Below, piece by piece: positions 46,066-56,915 of a stretch of DNA of 64,000 nt; position 1 is the first letter of the stretch; each line of letters starts with the position of its first letter. Under the pieces are notes generated by a model. The model was not told the DNA's origin and did no database searches. It saw only the letters and a list, made by a program, of their open reading frames with translations. A program made the translations under genes and the position numbers. Origin of the DNA: Cognaticolwellia sp. (GTDB taxonomy: Bacteria; Pseudomonadota; Gammaproteobacteria; Enterobacterales; Alteromonadaceae); contig JBMZDW010000001.1 in the NCBI GenBank assembly GCA_049614565.1, forward strand, positions 97,249 through 161,248, written 5' to 3'.

Positions 46066-46827
46066 TTATTGCCCATTCATGACAAATATCAAATTCACTT
46101 GTGCATTTATCATTTTTTCAGCCGAAAACTGCGTATTGCTCAGCGGGTTAAATTGCTGAGGGCTAATTTCTTGTACTGCGATTATTTTACCAAGCGACGC
46201 CCCGGTCATTGCTAGCATTTTTTCTGCTTTATCTTTGCCATCTTTAATAGCGTTTTTCAACGCCTGCTGATAAGCCCTTTGATAATTTGCTTTCGACACC
46301 GTCATAGGGAGAACTTCAGATACACCAATTTTGACTAACTGATCGATAAACGCTTGGTAGTGTGATAGCTGCGATATATCAACATCCATACTAGCACTTA
46401 CCGCAATTTTAGGACCGAATCGTCGAGCAATTGCCGTTGATTGTTGGCTATTTATTTTGGCTATTTTCTTATTCGGTAAGCGTGTTAAAAACTCAACTTC
46501 AGCACTATTATCATTGAGCTTGGGATATATCACTTGCAGTGATGGTTTATAGGCTTCAACCAGCGTTACGCTACCAACATTTTTTTCAATAAAGCTACGC
46601 AATAACATCGCTTTATGCTCAACGAGTTGCTGTGTTTTTTCTGCACTAACACCACGCTCAGAAATGGTTACGCGTAACGAGTAATCACTAGTAGAAACAT
46701 AGCTTTCACCAAACCCCGTCACTTGGATACTGTTCGGTAACACGGGTACTACAAGCTCAGCACTTTCAGCCGTTATGCAAAGGCTTAAAGACAGTAAAAC
46801 TAGAAATTTTAATGGCGTATTTAACAT
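46066..46827 (-). CDS. SIMPL (DUF541) domain protein
   Basis: Signal peptide, IQVTGFGE, ALKNAIKDGKDKAE..A...G.LG pattern. Confidence 0.75.
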   Translation of the reverse strand: MLNTPLKFLVLLSLSLCITAESAELVVPVLPNSIQVTGFGESYVSTSDYSLRVTISERGVSAEKTQQLVEHKAMLLRSFIEKNVGSVTLVEAYKPSLQVIYPKLNDNSAEVEFLTRLPNKKIAKINSQQSTAIARRFGPKIAVSASMDVDISQLSHYQAFIDQLVKIGVSEVLPMTVSKANYQRAYQQALKNAIKDGKDKAEKMLAMTGASLGKIIAVQEISPQQFNPLSNTQFSAEKMINAQVNLIFVMNGQ

Positions 46828-47031
46828 GATATTTTCCTTGTTAGCTTGATCGTATTGGTCTTGCTATTCCTTCAGACAATACTAGCTTGCTAACTGGTTA
46901 AAATAAACCAAAGCAATCATAAAAAACATGGTATATATAAACAAAGAACGCCGTCATAAACAGACAGCGTTTTGCAATAACGAAATACCCTAAACTTAGG
47001 CATTAGGGTTTAATAAACAAAGCCGGTATTT

Positions 47032-48225
47032 TTAGAATGAATCAGCCGGTATACGTACCCAACCTTCCATTAATACCCGCGCGCTACGACTCATAATAGC
47101 TTTATTGACTGTCCACTTATCGTCTATGTTTGATGCTTGCGCCCCCACTTTTAATGTGCCTGACGGATGACCAAATACCACAGACTCGCGTTCGCCACTA
47201 CCCGCAGCTAAATTAACTAGAGTACCCGGTATCGCCGCTGCTGTGCCAATAGCCACTGCGGCTGTGCCCATCATGGCATGATGTAGTTTTCCCATCGACA
47301 GCGCCCGAACATGTAAATCAATTTCACTGGCGGTAACGGCTTTATCACTTGAGGTAACATAGTCTTTAGCTGGGCTAACAAAAGCAACTTTCGGGGTATG
47401 CTGACGAGCAGCCGCTTGTGAAATATCACTAATTAGGCCCATTTTAACCGCGCCATAAGCGCGAATAGTTTCAAAACGTGTTAGTGCGGCATCGTCATTA
47501 TTGATAGCATCTTGTAACTCAATACCGCTATAGCCAATTTCCTCTGCATTTAAGAAAATAGTCGGGATACCTGCGGTGATCATGGTCGCGTTAAAGGTAC
47601 CAATACCGGGTACTTCAAGCTCATCAACTACGTTTCCTGTTGGGAACATTGCTTCGCTTGGATCAACCGGTGCGATAAATTCAACTGGCACTTCAGCGGC
47701 AGGAAACGTCACGCCATCAAGTTCAAAATCACCGGTTTCTTGCACTTGTCCATCAGTAATAGGCACACGCGCAATAATGGTTTTGGCGATATTTTTTTGC
47801 CAAATACGAACAACACAGACACCATTTTCAGGAATACGCGTACTATCAACTAAGCCTGACATAATAGCGAATGAGCCAACGGCTGCGGTTAAATTACCGC
47901 AATTGCCACTCCAATCGACAAACGCTTTATCGATAGCCACTTGACCAAATAGGTAGTCTACATCGTGATCAGCAAGCTCACTTTTAGCCAGAATCACGGT
48001 TTTACTGGTACTTGAGGTGGCACCGCCCATACCATCGGTTTGCTTGCCATAAGGATCTGGACTGCCAATAACACGCAATAGCATGTTATCGCGCGCTTCA
48101 CCCGCCACCTGACAGCGCGCTGGCAAGTCAGTTAAGTTAAAAAACACCCCTTTCGAGGTACCACCACGCATATAAGTTGCGGGAATTTTTACTTGGGGTA
48201 AATGTATTTGAGGAACGTGAGACAT
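47032..48225 (-). CDS. prpF: 2-methylaconitate cis-trans isomerase
   Basis: MRGGTSKG, GGATSSTSK, GNCGN, LHHAMMGT. Confidence 0.96.
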   Translation of the reverse strand: MSHVPQIHLPQVKIPATYMRGGTSKGVFFNLTDLPARCQVAGEARDNMLLRVIGSPDPYGKQTDGMGGATSSTSKTVILAKSELADHDVDYLFGQVAIDKAFVDWSGNCGNLTAAVGSFAIMSGLVDSTRIPENGVCVVRIWQKNIAKTIIARVPITDGQVQETGDFELDGVTFPAAEVPVEFIAPVDPSEAMFPTGNVVDELEVPGIGTFNATMITAGIPTIFLNAEEIGYSGIELQDAINNDDAALTRFETIRAYGAVKMGLISDISQAAARQHTPKVAFVSPAKDYVTSSDKAVTASEIDLHVRALSMGKLHHAMMGTAAVAIGTAAAIPGTLVNLAAGSGERESVVFGHPSGTLKVGAQASNIDDKWTVNKAIMSRSARVLMEGWVRIPADSF

Positions 48226-48254
48226 GACGATCGCCTTTTTTATTTATACTTTAT

Positions 48255-48286
48255 AAAAAAGCAGTAAATAAAAACTATTTACTGCT
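48255..48286 (-). terminator. Intrinsic terminator-like hairpin between acnD and prpF
   Basis: AGCAGTAAATA/TATTTACTGCT stem with a T-run on the minus strand. Confidence 0.65.
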
Positions 48287-48297
48287 AATAAATTAAA

Positions 48298-48395
48298 TAA
48301 CCTGAGTTTGATGAATAAACGAATTATTTTTATATAAGAGCAAGGCGGTAGCGCGGAATGTGTGCCTACACATGAGCACTACCAACGCAGCTATT
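48298..48395. repeat. Structured REP/MITE-like element
   Basis: GGTAG..ATGTGT-GCCT-ACACAT..CTACC nested hairpin; starts TAACCTGAGTT; only one copy seen in window. Confidence 0.35.
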
Positions 48396-48410
48396 ATCAA
48401 AAATAAACGT

Positions 48411-51068
48411 TTAGGCATTAGACTCCAAGAAGTCTTTGGCGAATTTCTGTAGTACCCCGCCTGCCGCGTAAACAGTCACTTCTTCCGCGGTATCTAAACG
48501 ACACTTCACTGGAATGCTGACAACTTCACCGGCCTTGCCTTCAACACCACGACGTGTCATGACAACCGTCATAGCACCACCTGGGGCAATACCTTCAACA
48601 CCGCCACCTTCAACATCAAAGGTTTCCGTGCCATCAATGGCGTAAGTGTGGCGGGTATCACCGTTAACAAATTCTAGCGGCAGTACCCCCATACCCACGA
48701 GATTGGTACGGTGAATACGTTCAAAGCCTTCAGAAACAATGACTTCAACACCGGCTAAACGTACACCTTTTGCAGCCCAGTCGCGTGAAGAGCCTTGGCC
48801 ATAATCAGCGCCGGCAATGATGATTAACGGCTGTTTGCGCTGCATATACGTTTCAATGGCTTCCCACATCCGTGATTCAATACCTTCTGGCTCAATGCGT
48901 GCTAGGGATCCTTGCTTAACTTCCCCTATGTCATCTCGACACATTTCGTTAAATAATTTGGGGTTAGCAAAGGTAGCACGCTGCGCGGTTAAGTGATCGC
49001 CACGATGCGTTGCATAAGAATTAAAATCAGCTTCTGGCAAGCCCATTTTATGCAAATACGCGCCAGCGGCGCTGTTCAATTGAATCGCATTAGAGGGGGA
49101 TAAATGGTCGGTAGTAATGTTATCGCCAAGCACCGCTAATGGCACCATACCTTTTAGGGTACGAACGCCAGCTAAGGCCCCTTCCCCTTCTTTGTTCCAG
49201 TACGGCGGCCTACGAATATAAGTACTGGTCAGATCCCAATCATATAACGGACTTTCTGCTGGCTCGAACGCCCCTAAATCAAACATTGGCGTGTAGATTT
49301 TCTTAAATTGCTCTGGTTTAACGCTAGCGGCAACAATGGCATCTATTTCTTCATCACTTGGCCAAATATCTTTTAGCCTAATATCGTTACCGTGTTGATC
49401 TTGACCTAAAACATCTTGTTCAATATCAAAGCGCATGGTACCGGCAATGGCATACGCAACCACTAACGGCGGCGAGGCTAAAAATGCTTGTTTGGCAAAC
49501 GGATGAATACGACCATCAAAGTTACGGTTGCCTGATAAAACGGCGGTTGAGTATAAATCGCGCTCAATCAATTCTTGCTCAATTTTTGGATCAAGTGCGC
49601 CACTCATGCCATTACAAGTGGTACAGGCGTAACCGACGATGCCAAATCCTAATTTTTCTAGTTCAGGCAACAATCCTGCCTCTTCTAAATATAGCTTTGC
49701 CACTTTAGAGCCGGGGGCAAATGAGGTTTTCACCCAAGGCTTACGTACTAGGCCTAACTCGTTAGCCCGTTTGGCAACAAGCCCTGCCGCCACAACGTTA
49801 CGCGGATTAGAAGTATTGGTACAACTGGTAATCGCCGCAATAATTACTGCGCCATCAGGCATTTTTCCATCCGCTTCTTGGGCTTTACACGCGGCTAAGT
49901 CTTTGGCGATATTTTTTGATGTTAACTCGGTTGTGGCTAAACGCCGATGTGGGTTTGAAGGCCCTGCCATATTACGACCAACACTTGATAAATCAAAGGT
50001 TAGTACGCGCTGATATTGGGCACTGTCAAGATCGTCAGCCCATAAACCTGTATGCTTGGCATAAGTTTCAACTAACGCCACTTGCTCTGGCTCACGACCT
50101 GTCATCTTCAAGTAATCAATGGTTTGTTCATCGATGTAGAACATACCCGCCGAAGCGCCATACTCTGGCGTCATATTTGAGATTGTTGCACGATCGCCTA
50201 TGGTTAAGCTTTTCGTGCCTTCGCCGAAGAATTCTAAATAGCTGGACACCACTTTCTGGGCACGTAAAAATTCAGTAATGGCCAAGACCATATCGGTGGC
50301 GGTTATACCCGGTTGACGTTGACCGGTTAACTTAACGCCAATAATGTTAGGTAGGCGCATCATAGAGGGGCGTCCTAGCATGACAGTTTCAGCTTCGAGG
50401 CCGCCAACACCTATGGCGATAACCCCTAAGGCATCAATATGCGGTGTATGGCTGTCGGTACCGACACAAGTATCAGGGAAAGCAACGCCATCGCGAGCTT
50501 GAATAACCGGCGACATTTTCTCTAAATTGATTTGGTGCATAATGCCGTTACCGGCCGGAATAACATCAACATTTTTAAAAGCGGTTTTGGTCCATTCAAT
50601 AAAATGGAAACGATGCTGGTTACGTCTATCTTCAATGGCGCGGTTTTTATTAAAGGCATCGCTGTCAAAGCCCGGCGCTTCTACTGCTAATGAATGATCA
50701 ACAATCAGTTGCGTTGGTACTACGGGGTTTACCTTCGCAGGATCGCCCCCTTGTTCGGCAATGGCGTCACGCAAACCCGCTAAATCCACTAACGCGGTTT
50801 GTCCTAAAATATCGTGACAAACCACACGCGCCGGATACCAAGGAAAGTCTAAATCTTGCTTACCTTCAATAATTTGCTTTAATGAGTCTGTTAAAGTTTC
50901 AGGATCACAGCGACGTACCAATTGTTCTGCTAAAACACGTGAGGTGTAAGGCAGTTTTGCATAAGCTCCAGGGCTGATATCTTCAATGGCTGAGCGGGTA
51001 TCAAAATAATCAATATTTACGCCGTTGACTTTATAGCCAGGCAAAGGTTTACGGTAATTGTAATTCAT
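48411..51068 (-). CDS. acnD: Fe/S-dependent 2-methylisocitrate dehydratase
   Basis: Aconitase motifs (DSHT, ITSCTN, CTTCNG, GSSRDWAAKG) located between prpC and prpF. Confidence 0.96.
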   Translation of the reverse strand: MNYNYRKPLPGYKVNGVNIDYFDTRSAIEDISPGAYAKLPYTSRVLAEQLVRRCDPETLTDSLKQIIEGKQDLDFPWYPARVVCHDILGQTALVDLAGLRDAIAEQGGDPAKVNPVVPTQLIVDHSLAVEAPGFDSDAFNKNRAIEDRRNQHRFHFIEWTKTAFKNVDVIPAGNGIMHQINLEKMSPVIQARDGVAFPDTCVGTDSHTPHIDALGVIAIGVGGLEAETVMLGRPSMMRLPNIIGVKLTGQRQPGITATDMVLAITEFLRAQKVVSSYLEFFGEGTKSLTIGDRATISNMTPEYGASAGMFYIDEQTIDYLKMTGREPEQVALVETYAKHTGLWADDLDSAQYQRVLTFDLSSVGRNMAGPSNPHRRLATTELTSKNIAKDLAACKAQEADGKMPDGAVIIAAITSCTNTSNPRNVVAAGLVAKRANELGLVRKPWVKTSFAPGSKVAKLYLEEAGLLPELEKLGFGIVGYACTTCNGMSGALDPKIEQELIERDLYSTAVLSGNRNFDGRIHPFAKQAFLASPPLVVAYAIAGTMRFDIEQDVLGQDQHGNDIRLKDIWPSDEEIDAIVAASVKPEQFKKIYTPMFDLGAFEPAESPLYDWDLTSTYIRRPPYWNKEGEGALAGVRTLKGMVPLAVLGDNITTDHLSPSNAIQLNSAAGAYLHKMGLPEADFNSYATHRGDHLTAQRATFANPKLFNEMCRDDIGEVKQGSLARIEPEGIESRMWEAIETYMQRKQPLIIIAGADYGQGSSRDWAAKGVRLAGVEVIVSEGFERIHRTNLVGMGVLPLEFVNGDTRHTYAIDGTETFDVEGGGVEGIAPGGAMTVVMTRRGVEGKAGEVVSIPVKCRLDTAEEVTVYAAGGVLQKFAKDFLESNA

Positions 51069-51221
51069 AATTTTTCCAAATAACGAGTCAAATACTGACT
51101 TGAATTTATAAGCAACAAACTAGACGTAGAAATTGACCACTAGTTCAAGGCTGAAAACTGAGCATATAAGTATATGTGATGATTTTCTAACCATGAAATA
51201 GCGGCCAATAACAAGTCTTAC

Positions 51222-52346
51222 CTACCTTTGTTCGATAGGTGTCACTTTACGGGGCTCTGCACCGGTATAGTCCGCTGAAGGACGAATAATACGGTTATTC
51301 GCGCGTTGCTCCATAACATGTGCTGCCCAACCGGTTAAACGTGAACAAACAAAGATTGGCGTAAACAGTTTGGTTGGAATGCCCATATAGTTATAGGTTG
51401 AAGCATGGAAGAAATCAGCATTACAAAATAACTTTTTCGTGTCCCACATAAACTCTTCACAGGCGACAGAAATATCATAAAGTGAGGTATCACCGTTTTC
51501 AGCAGCTAATTTTTCCGACCAGGCTTTGATAATATCATTGCGTGGATCAGAGGTGCGGTAAATGGCATGGCCAAAGCCCATGATTTTTTCTTTACGCGCC
51601 AACATACCGGCCATTTGTTCTTTCGCGTCGCTTGGTGAGCTGAATTTTTCAATCATATCCATTGCCGCTTCATTAGCGCCGCCATGCAGTGGCCCACGTA
51701 AAGTACCAATAGCCCCTGTTACACAAGAAAACATATCAGACAACGTTGAAGCACAAACCCGTGCAGAGAAGGTAGAGGCATTAAATTCATGCTCGGCATA
51801 TAAAATTAATGATACATCCATCACACGTTCATGCTGCGCTGATGGACTTTCGCCATTAAGTAAGCGTAAAAAGTGTCCGCCTAATGACGCTTCATCTGAG
51901 GTACAGTCAATTTCGACACCGTCATGAGAATATTTATACCAGTAACACATAATGGCGGGGAATGCGGCTAACAAACGATTTGCCGCTTGTTGTTGCTCAG
52001 AAAAGTCATGTTCAGGTTCAATATTGCCTAAAAATGAACAACCGGTGCGCATCACATCCATTGGATGGGTTTCTTTTGGAATAAGCTTAAGCACGGCTTT
52101 TAACGCTTGCGGTAAGTCGCGCATGGCAAATAATTCTGCTTTATAGCTCGCTAGCGCTTCGGCATTGGGTAACTCCCCATTGAAAAGCAAATAAGCCACT
52201 TCTTCAAAGGTGGCGTTGTCGGCTAAATCAGCAATATCGTAACCGCAATAAGTTAAGCCTGAGCCTGATTTTCCAACCGTACATAAAGCCGTTTCGCCCG
52301 CACTTTGACCACGTAAACCTGCGCCTGATAATTTTTTATCTGTCAT
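51222..52346 (-). CDS. prpC: 2-methylcitrate synthase
   Basis: GLRGQSAG, HEFNAST, GPLHGGANE, GFGHAIY, NADFF. Confidence 0.96.
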   Translation of the reverse strand: MTDKKLSGAGLRGQSAGETALCTVGKSGSGLTYCGYDIADLADNATFEEVAYLLFNGELPNAEALASYKAELFAMRDLPQALKAVLKLIPKETHPMDVMRTGCSFLGNIEPEHDFSEQQQAANRLLAAFPAIMCYWYKYSHDGVEIDCTSDEASLGGHFLRLLNGESPSAQHERVMDVSLILYAEHEFNASTFSARVCASTLSDMFSCVTGAIGTLRGPLHGGANEAAMDMIEKFSSPSDAKEQMAGMLARKEKIMGFGHAIYRTSDPRNDIIKAWSEKLAAENGDTSLYDISVACEEFMWDTKKLFCNADFFHASTYNYMGIPTKLFTPIFVCSRLTGWAAHVMEQRANNRIIRPSADYTGAEPRKVTPIEQR

Positions 52347-52445
52347 CGTTATTTCCTCTTGTGCGTTAACCGTTAATCATTAGCGGCTAACGCTTAAAAT
52401 TGAATTTTTACCTTAGTACTTATCTACATTAGCTCTATGGGTTAA

Positions 52446-53336
52446 TTATTTATTTTTGCCTTCAGAAAACAATCCATCAAGCTTTTGTTCGTAATCGTGG
52501 TAACCCAAGTAGTCATACAAATCCATACGGGTTTGCATATTATCGATTTCAGCTTTTTGGTCACCGTCAGCCAGTAAGGTTTTGTAAACCGACTCCGCCG
52601 CTTTATTCATGGCGCGAAACGCTGACAATGGGTAAAGCACCATGGCGCAGCCCCACGCACCTAATTGCTCTTTATTCCATAATTCGGTTTGACCAAATTC
52701 GGTAATATTGGCTAGCACAGGTACATCAAGCGCTTCAGTAAAAGCACGATAATGTTCTTCGGTTTTTACCGCTTCGGCAAAAATACCATCAGCGCCGGCG
52801 GCAACATAAGCTTTTGCACGCTCTAGCGCCGCTGCAATGCCTTCTTGGGCAAAGGCATCAGTACGGGCCATAATGAAAAAGTCTTTATCGCTGCGCGCAT
52901 CAACGGCCGCTTTTATACGATCAACCATTTCATCAGTTGAAACAATTTCTTTATTCGGACGGTGACCACAACGCTTTTGCGCTACTTGATCTTCTATATG
53001 CACCGCGGCTGCACCGGCTTTTTCCATATCTCGAATGGTTTTGGCAATATTAAATGCGCCGCCCCAACCTGTGTCTATATCCACCAACAATGGCAAGCTC
53101 GACGCGCTAGTAATGCGTTGCACATCAACAATCACATCATTAAGTGATGTCATGCCTAAATCTGGTAAGCCGTATGAGGCATTAGCGACACCGCCACCAG
53201 AGAGATAAATAGCCTGATGGCCAAGTTGCTCTGCCATCATGGCGCAATAGGCATTAATTGTGCCTACCACTTGTAGCGGTTTATTGTTTGCTAAAGCTTG
53301 GCGAAATTTTGCGCCAGGTGATAATTGCGTAGACAT
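52446..53336 (-). CDS. prpB: 2-methylisocitrate lyase
   Basis: DIDTGWG, KRCGHRP, YPLSAFR. Confidence 0.97.
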   Translation of the reverse strand: MSTQLSPGAKFRQALANNKPLQVVGTINAYCAMMAEQLGHQAIYLSGGGVANASYGLPDLGMTSLNDVIVDVQRITSASSLPLLVDIDTGWGGAFNIAKTIRDMEKAGAAAVHIEDQVAQKRCGHRPNKEIVSTDEMVDRIKAAVDARSDKDFFIMARTDAFAQEGIAAALERAKAYVAAGADGIFAEAVKTEEHYRAFTEALDVPVLANITEFGQTELWNKEQLGAWGCAMVLYPLSAFRAMNKAAESVYKTLLADGDQKAEIDNMQTRMDLYDYLGYHDYEQKLDGLFSEGKNK

Positions 53337-53395
53337 GTTTTTGTCCTTTTATAGTCAGGTATAAAGTGTAATTGAATAAAATTATAGAATTGCAG

Positions 53396-54076
53396 CTATT
53401 GCTGCTGAGTAATTTTGTTTTCGATATTTTTACGCGATGCGGCAATATGGCGTCGCATCAGCATTTCCGCTAATTCACCGTCGCGATCGGCAATCGCCTC
53501 AATAATGCGAGAATGTTCGTCAAAAGCTTTCGTGGCGCGTGGGCTATTCATACCAAATTGACAACGGTACAAACGCACAAGGTGATAAAGTTGACCACAT
53601 AATATATTGATTAATTGCTGATTATGACTGCCCAAGATGACTTTATAATGAAAGTCTAAATCACCCTCTTCTTGATAATATGAAACGCCATCGCGCAAGC
53701 CTTTAGCACTGGCATGCTTATTGAGCATGACCTTCATCTCGCTAATTTCTTCATCGCTCATATTGTTCGCGGCTTGGCGACACGCCATCCCCTCAAGAGC
53801 TTCGCGCACCACGTAAATCTCTAATAATCCGGCAATCGAGCATTCAACCACGCGTGAGCCAACATTGGCTTTACGCTCGATTAAATGACACTTTTCCAAA
53901 CGGTTTAACGCTTCACGTAAGGTAGAACGGCTAATTTGATAGTTTTTCGCCAGTTCAGGCTCACTAATTTTGCTGCCGGCTTTGATGGTGCCACTGACAA
54001 TAGCTTGTAGCATTTGCTCGAATACTTTATCGGCGGTGGTTACCGCAGCTTGGGAAGTTGGGTTATCTAAAGCCAT
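53396..54076 (-). CDS. prpR: GntR/FCD-family regulator of the prp cluster
   Basis: GntR HTH (ISEPELA..YQISRSTLREAL) plus FCD domain. ATG at 54076 is preferred over TTG at 54094. Confidence 0.85.
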   Translation of the reverse strand: MALDNPTSQAAVTTADKVFEQMLQAIVSGTIKAGSKISEPELAKNYQISRSTLREALNRLEKCHLIERKANVGSRVVECSIAGLLEIYVVREALEGMACRQAANNMSDEEISEMKVMLNKHASAKGLRDGVSYYQEEGDLDFHYKVILGSHNQQLINILCGQLYHLVRLYRCQFGMNSPRATKAFDEHSRIIEAIADRDGELAEMLMRRHIAASRKNIENKITQQQ

Positions 54077-54077
54077 T

Positions 54078-54340
54078 ATTGTCGACAGATTCAAAAATGA
54101 TGTGCTAATAATAGCGCTATATGGCTATTAGTCAATATCAAAAACAATATATTGTCGACATATGGCCGTAAATTCCGACTAGACTTTAGTCGTATCATCA
54201 AGGCAAAACATTAAACAACCAGACAAAATCACATATTAAATAATTGTTTTTTAAGAAGATAAACAGTTAAAAGCGTGAAAATTGCTGACGATAGTTTGTT
54301 TTGATAATGTCAACAGCAAAGTCAAATAACTGTCGACAAT
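54078..54340. promoter_or_regulatory. Three palindromic TGTCGACA operator sites (PrpR-type)
   Basis: ATTGTCGACA at 54078-54087 and 54151-54160, ACTGTCGACAAT at 54329-54340, plus a TGTCAACA variant near 54308. Confidence 0.75.
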
Positions 54341-54348
54341 TTAAGATT

Positions 54349-55578
54349 TTAACCAAAAAACCAGTAACAAACGCCAATGGCAGCGGTAATGCCAGCAAAA
54401 TCGGCAATCAAGCCACACGCCAAGGCATGACGACTATAACGAATGCCGACTGAGCCAAAATAAACCGCTAATACGTAAAAGGTGGTTTCAGTTGAGCCCT
54501 GCACAATAGAGGCTAAGCGACCGGCAAACGAGTCGGCGCCATGCGTATTCATGGTTTCTATCATCATAGCACGGGCACCTGAGCCGCTTAACGGGTTCAT
54601 TAAGGCCGTTGGCATGGCATCAACAAATCGAGTATCACCGTTAAAAAGCAGCACCAATTGGCGTATGCCATCCACCAAAATATCGAGCGCGCCACTGGCT
54701 CTAAAAACACCAATCGCGCACAACATGGCTAACAAGTAGGGAATAATTTTAATACTGGTATCAAAACCTTGCTTAGCACCTTCGATAAAGCTGTCGTAAA
54801 CATTCACTTGCCGCTTTAAAGCGAAAAATATAAAGCTGATCAAGGTAGTAAAGATCAGTAAATTTCCCATTAAAGACGACTGTTGCGCTAATAAATCGGC
54901 ACTTAAGGTGGTGAAATAAGCCGCTAAGCCACCAACAAGCGCAATACCTGTGGCCAAATACAGTAAAATCACTTGTTGATAGAGTTTAATTTTTTGTACA
55001 AAGGCCACCGCCAACAAACCCGCCAGTGTTGAGGCAAATGTCGCCAATAAAATCGGCACAAAAACATCGGTCGGATTGGCCGCCCCTTGTTGGGCGCGAT
55101 AAACAAATACTGTTACCGGGAACAGTGTTACCGATGAGGTATTTAGCACGAGAAACAATATTTGTGCATTACTGGCGGTATTTCTTTGCGGGTTAAGCTC
55201 TTGCAAGTCTTGCATGGCTTTTAACCCTAGCGGCGTTGCAGCATTATCTAAACCTAAGAAATTTGCTGACAGGTTCATGGTCATTGAACCTATGGCCGGA
55301 TGCCCTTTCGGGACGCCAGGCATCAGACGAACAAATAGCGGCGAAATAAGCTGGGCGAGTTTATCAATAATGCCAGCATGCTCGGCGATTTTCATCATGC
55401 CTAACCAAAAACTTAACACCCCGATCAGGCCAATAGCAATTTCCACCGTCACTTTTGACATGGTAAAAATCGCATTAACGATCTCTTCGAAAATTAAAAT
55501 TTGATCGAACGCCAACCATTGCACGAGGGAAGAAATAAAGGCAACAAAGAAAAACCCGCTCCAGATACGATTTAACAA
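54349..55578 (-). CDS. SpmA/SpmB-fusion (nucleoside recognition gate domain) membrane protein
   Basis: ANFLGLDNAATPLG, NTSSVT, PLSGSGAR, QGSTETTFYV. Confidence 0.88.
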   Translation of the reverse strand: MLNRIWSGFFFVAFISSLVQWLAFDQILIFEEIVNAIFTMSKVTVEIAIGLIGVLSFWLGMMKIAEHAGIIDKLAQLISPLFVRLMPGVPKGHPAIGSMTMNLSANFLGLDNAATPLGLKAMQDLQELNPQRNTASNAQILFLVLNTSSVTLFPVTVFVYRAQQGAANPTDVFVPILLATFASTLAGLLAVAFVQKIKLYQQVILLYLATGIALVGGLAAYFTTLSADLLAQQSSLMGNLLIFTTLISFIFFALKRQVNVYDSFIEGAKQGFDTSIKIIPYLLAMLCAIGVFRASGALDILVDGIRQLVLLFNGDTRFVDAMPTALMNPLSGSGARAMMIETMNTHGADSFAGRLASIVQGSTETTFYVLAVYFGSVGIRYSRHALACGLIADFAGITAAIGVCYWFFG

Positions 55579-55821
55579 ATTTCAACTCTTCTGTTTAATT
55601 AATAACACCTATGGATAATAGCAATTATCATGACACACAAATGCTATATAACCTAACGAGACAGGCTGAAATCCTCAGGTAAACGGCGATAATTTTACGT
55701 CAAATAAACATTATTTTGCCCAATAATCTCAAACAAAACACATAGATTATCTTGTTATAATTCAATAAAGTAAGCTTAGAAAAATTATTTTTGCATTTAT
55801 AAAAGCTTACACTACACTTAG

Positions 55822-55988
55822 TTCTACAGGCAATTTACCTATCTGTCGCTCGCGCTCTCTTAACCGAGAGTACTTTGTTTAGATATTTTGCTTATTTTTA
55901 GCTAAATTTGACATTTCTTTAGCGCAGGCTCTCCTCCTTTCGAGCCACCCCCTGAGCCCAAAACTTATTATAGTTTTGGGCTTTTTTT
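55822..55988 (+). ncRNA. Candidate small regulatory RNA
   Basis: Own promoter-like TTGCAT-16-TACACT (55791-55818), internal hairpins, strong terminator AGCCCAAAAC/GTTTTGGGCT-T6, no ATG-initiated ORF, antisense to both neighbours. Confidence 0.55.
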
Positions 55989-56074
55989 ATGCAGTTACTT
56001 TATTAAATAAAATGTTTTGGGATGACAGGGTGAAAAGTGTCGCTCGGTTGTTATACGACGTCTGTTAGCTAATA

Positions 56075-56869
56075 TTAGCCCGTTTGCGTTTGCGGAAACA
56101 AACGGTGAAAATTATCTGTTGATTGGCGGGCAATTTCCGCCACTGAAGTGCCGCGAATACTGGCAAGGTGTTTGGCAACTTCAACCACATATGCCGGTTG
56201 ATTTTGTTTACCTCGGTGCGGCACAGGCGCTAAATAAGGCGCATCAGTTTCAATTAAGAATCGGTCAGCGGGCACTTTTTTTGCAACTTCTCTCAGCGCG
56301 CTAGCATTTTTGAAGGTGACTATGCCTGAAAATGAGATGTAAAAACCTAATGCTATTGCTTGCTCTGCCATTTCCCAACTTTCGGTAAAGCAATGCAAGA
56401 TACCGCCAACATTTCCGGCTTGCTCTGCGCGTAAAATGTCAAGCGTATCTTCTTGGGCATCACGGGTGTGAATGATCAAAGGTTTGTTCAATTGGTTGGC
56501 AACACGAACATGTTTTCGAAATGAATCTAACTGTACCTGCTTAGTTTCAGGCGCATAGAAATAATCTAAGCCCGTTTCCCCAATAGCGATAACTCGAGGA
56601 TCTGTTGCCAGAGAGTTTAATTGCTCTGGATCAATTTCATCATCTTGATTGAGCGGATGCGCGCCACAGGTTAACCATACGTGATCGTATTTAGCGGTTT
56701 TTTCGGCCATTGCCGGGAATTCTTCTAAGGTAACGCTAACACACAGCAAGGTATTTACCTGTTCAGCGCGTGCAGCATTAATGACATTATCTAAGTTATT
56801 GTCAAAGTCTTCGAGTTTAAGGCGATCTAAATGACAATGGGAATCTATAAACACTGGGGTTCTCCGCAC
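56075..56869 (-). CDS. TatD-family (YcfH) hydrolase
   Basis: DSHCHL, GETGLD, HTRDA, HCF, ETDAPY; the true start may be the internal GTG (VFIDS). Confidence 0.92.
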   Translation of the reverse strand: MRRTPVFIDSHCHLDRLKLEDFDNNLDNVINAARAEQVNTLLCVSVTLEEFPAMAEKTAKYDHVWLTCGAHPLNQDDEIDPEQLNSLATDPRVIAIGETGLDYFYAPETKQVQLDSFRKHVRVANQLNKPLIIHTRDAQEDTLDILRAEQAGNVGGILHCFTESWEMAEQAIALGFYISFSGIVTFKNASALREVAKKVPADRFLIETDAPYLAPVPHRGKQNQPAYVVEVAKHLASIRGTSVAEIARQSTDNFHRLFPQTQTG

Positions 56870-56915
56870 GAATGTGCATAAAATTAACTTGGGGCTTTAC
56901 AATACGAGCAGCACG

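Noticed and set aside
54349-55578. Spore-maturation-like gene in a non-sporulating bacterium
   Set aside because: SpmA/SpmB fusions are common in Proteobacteria and Bacteroidetes; not unusual.
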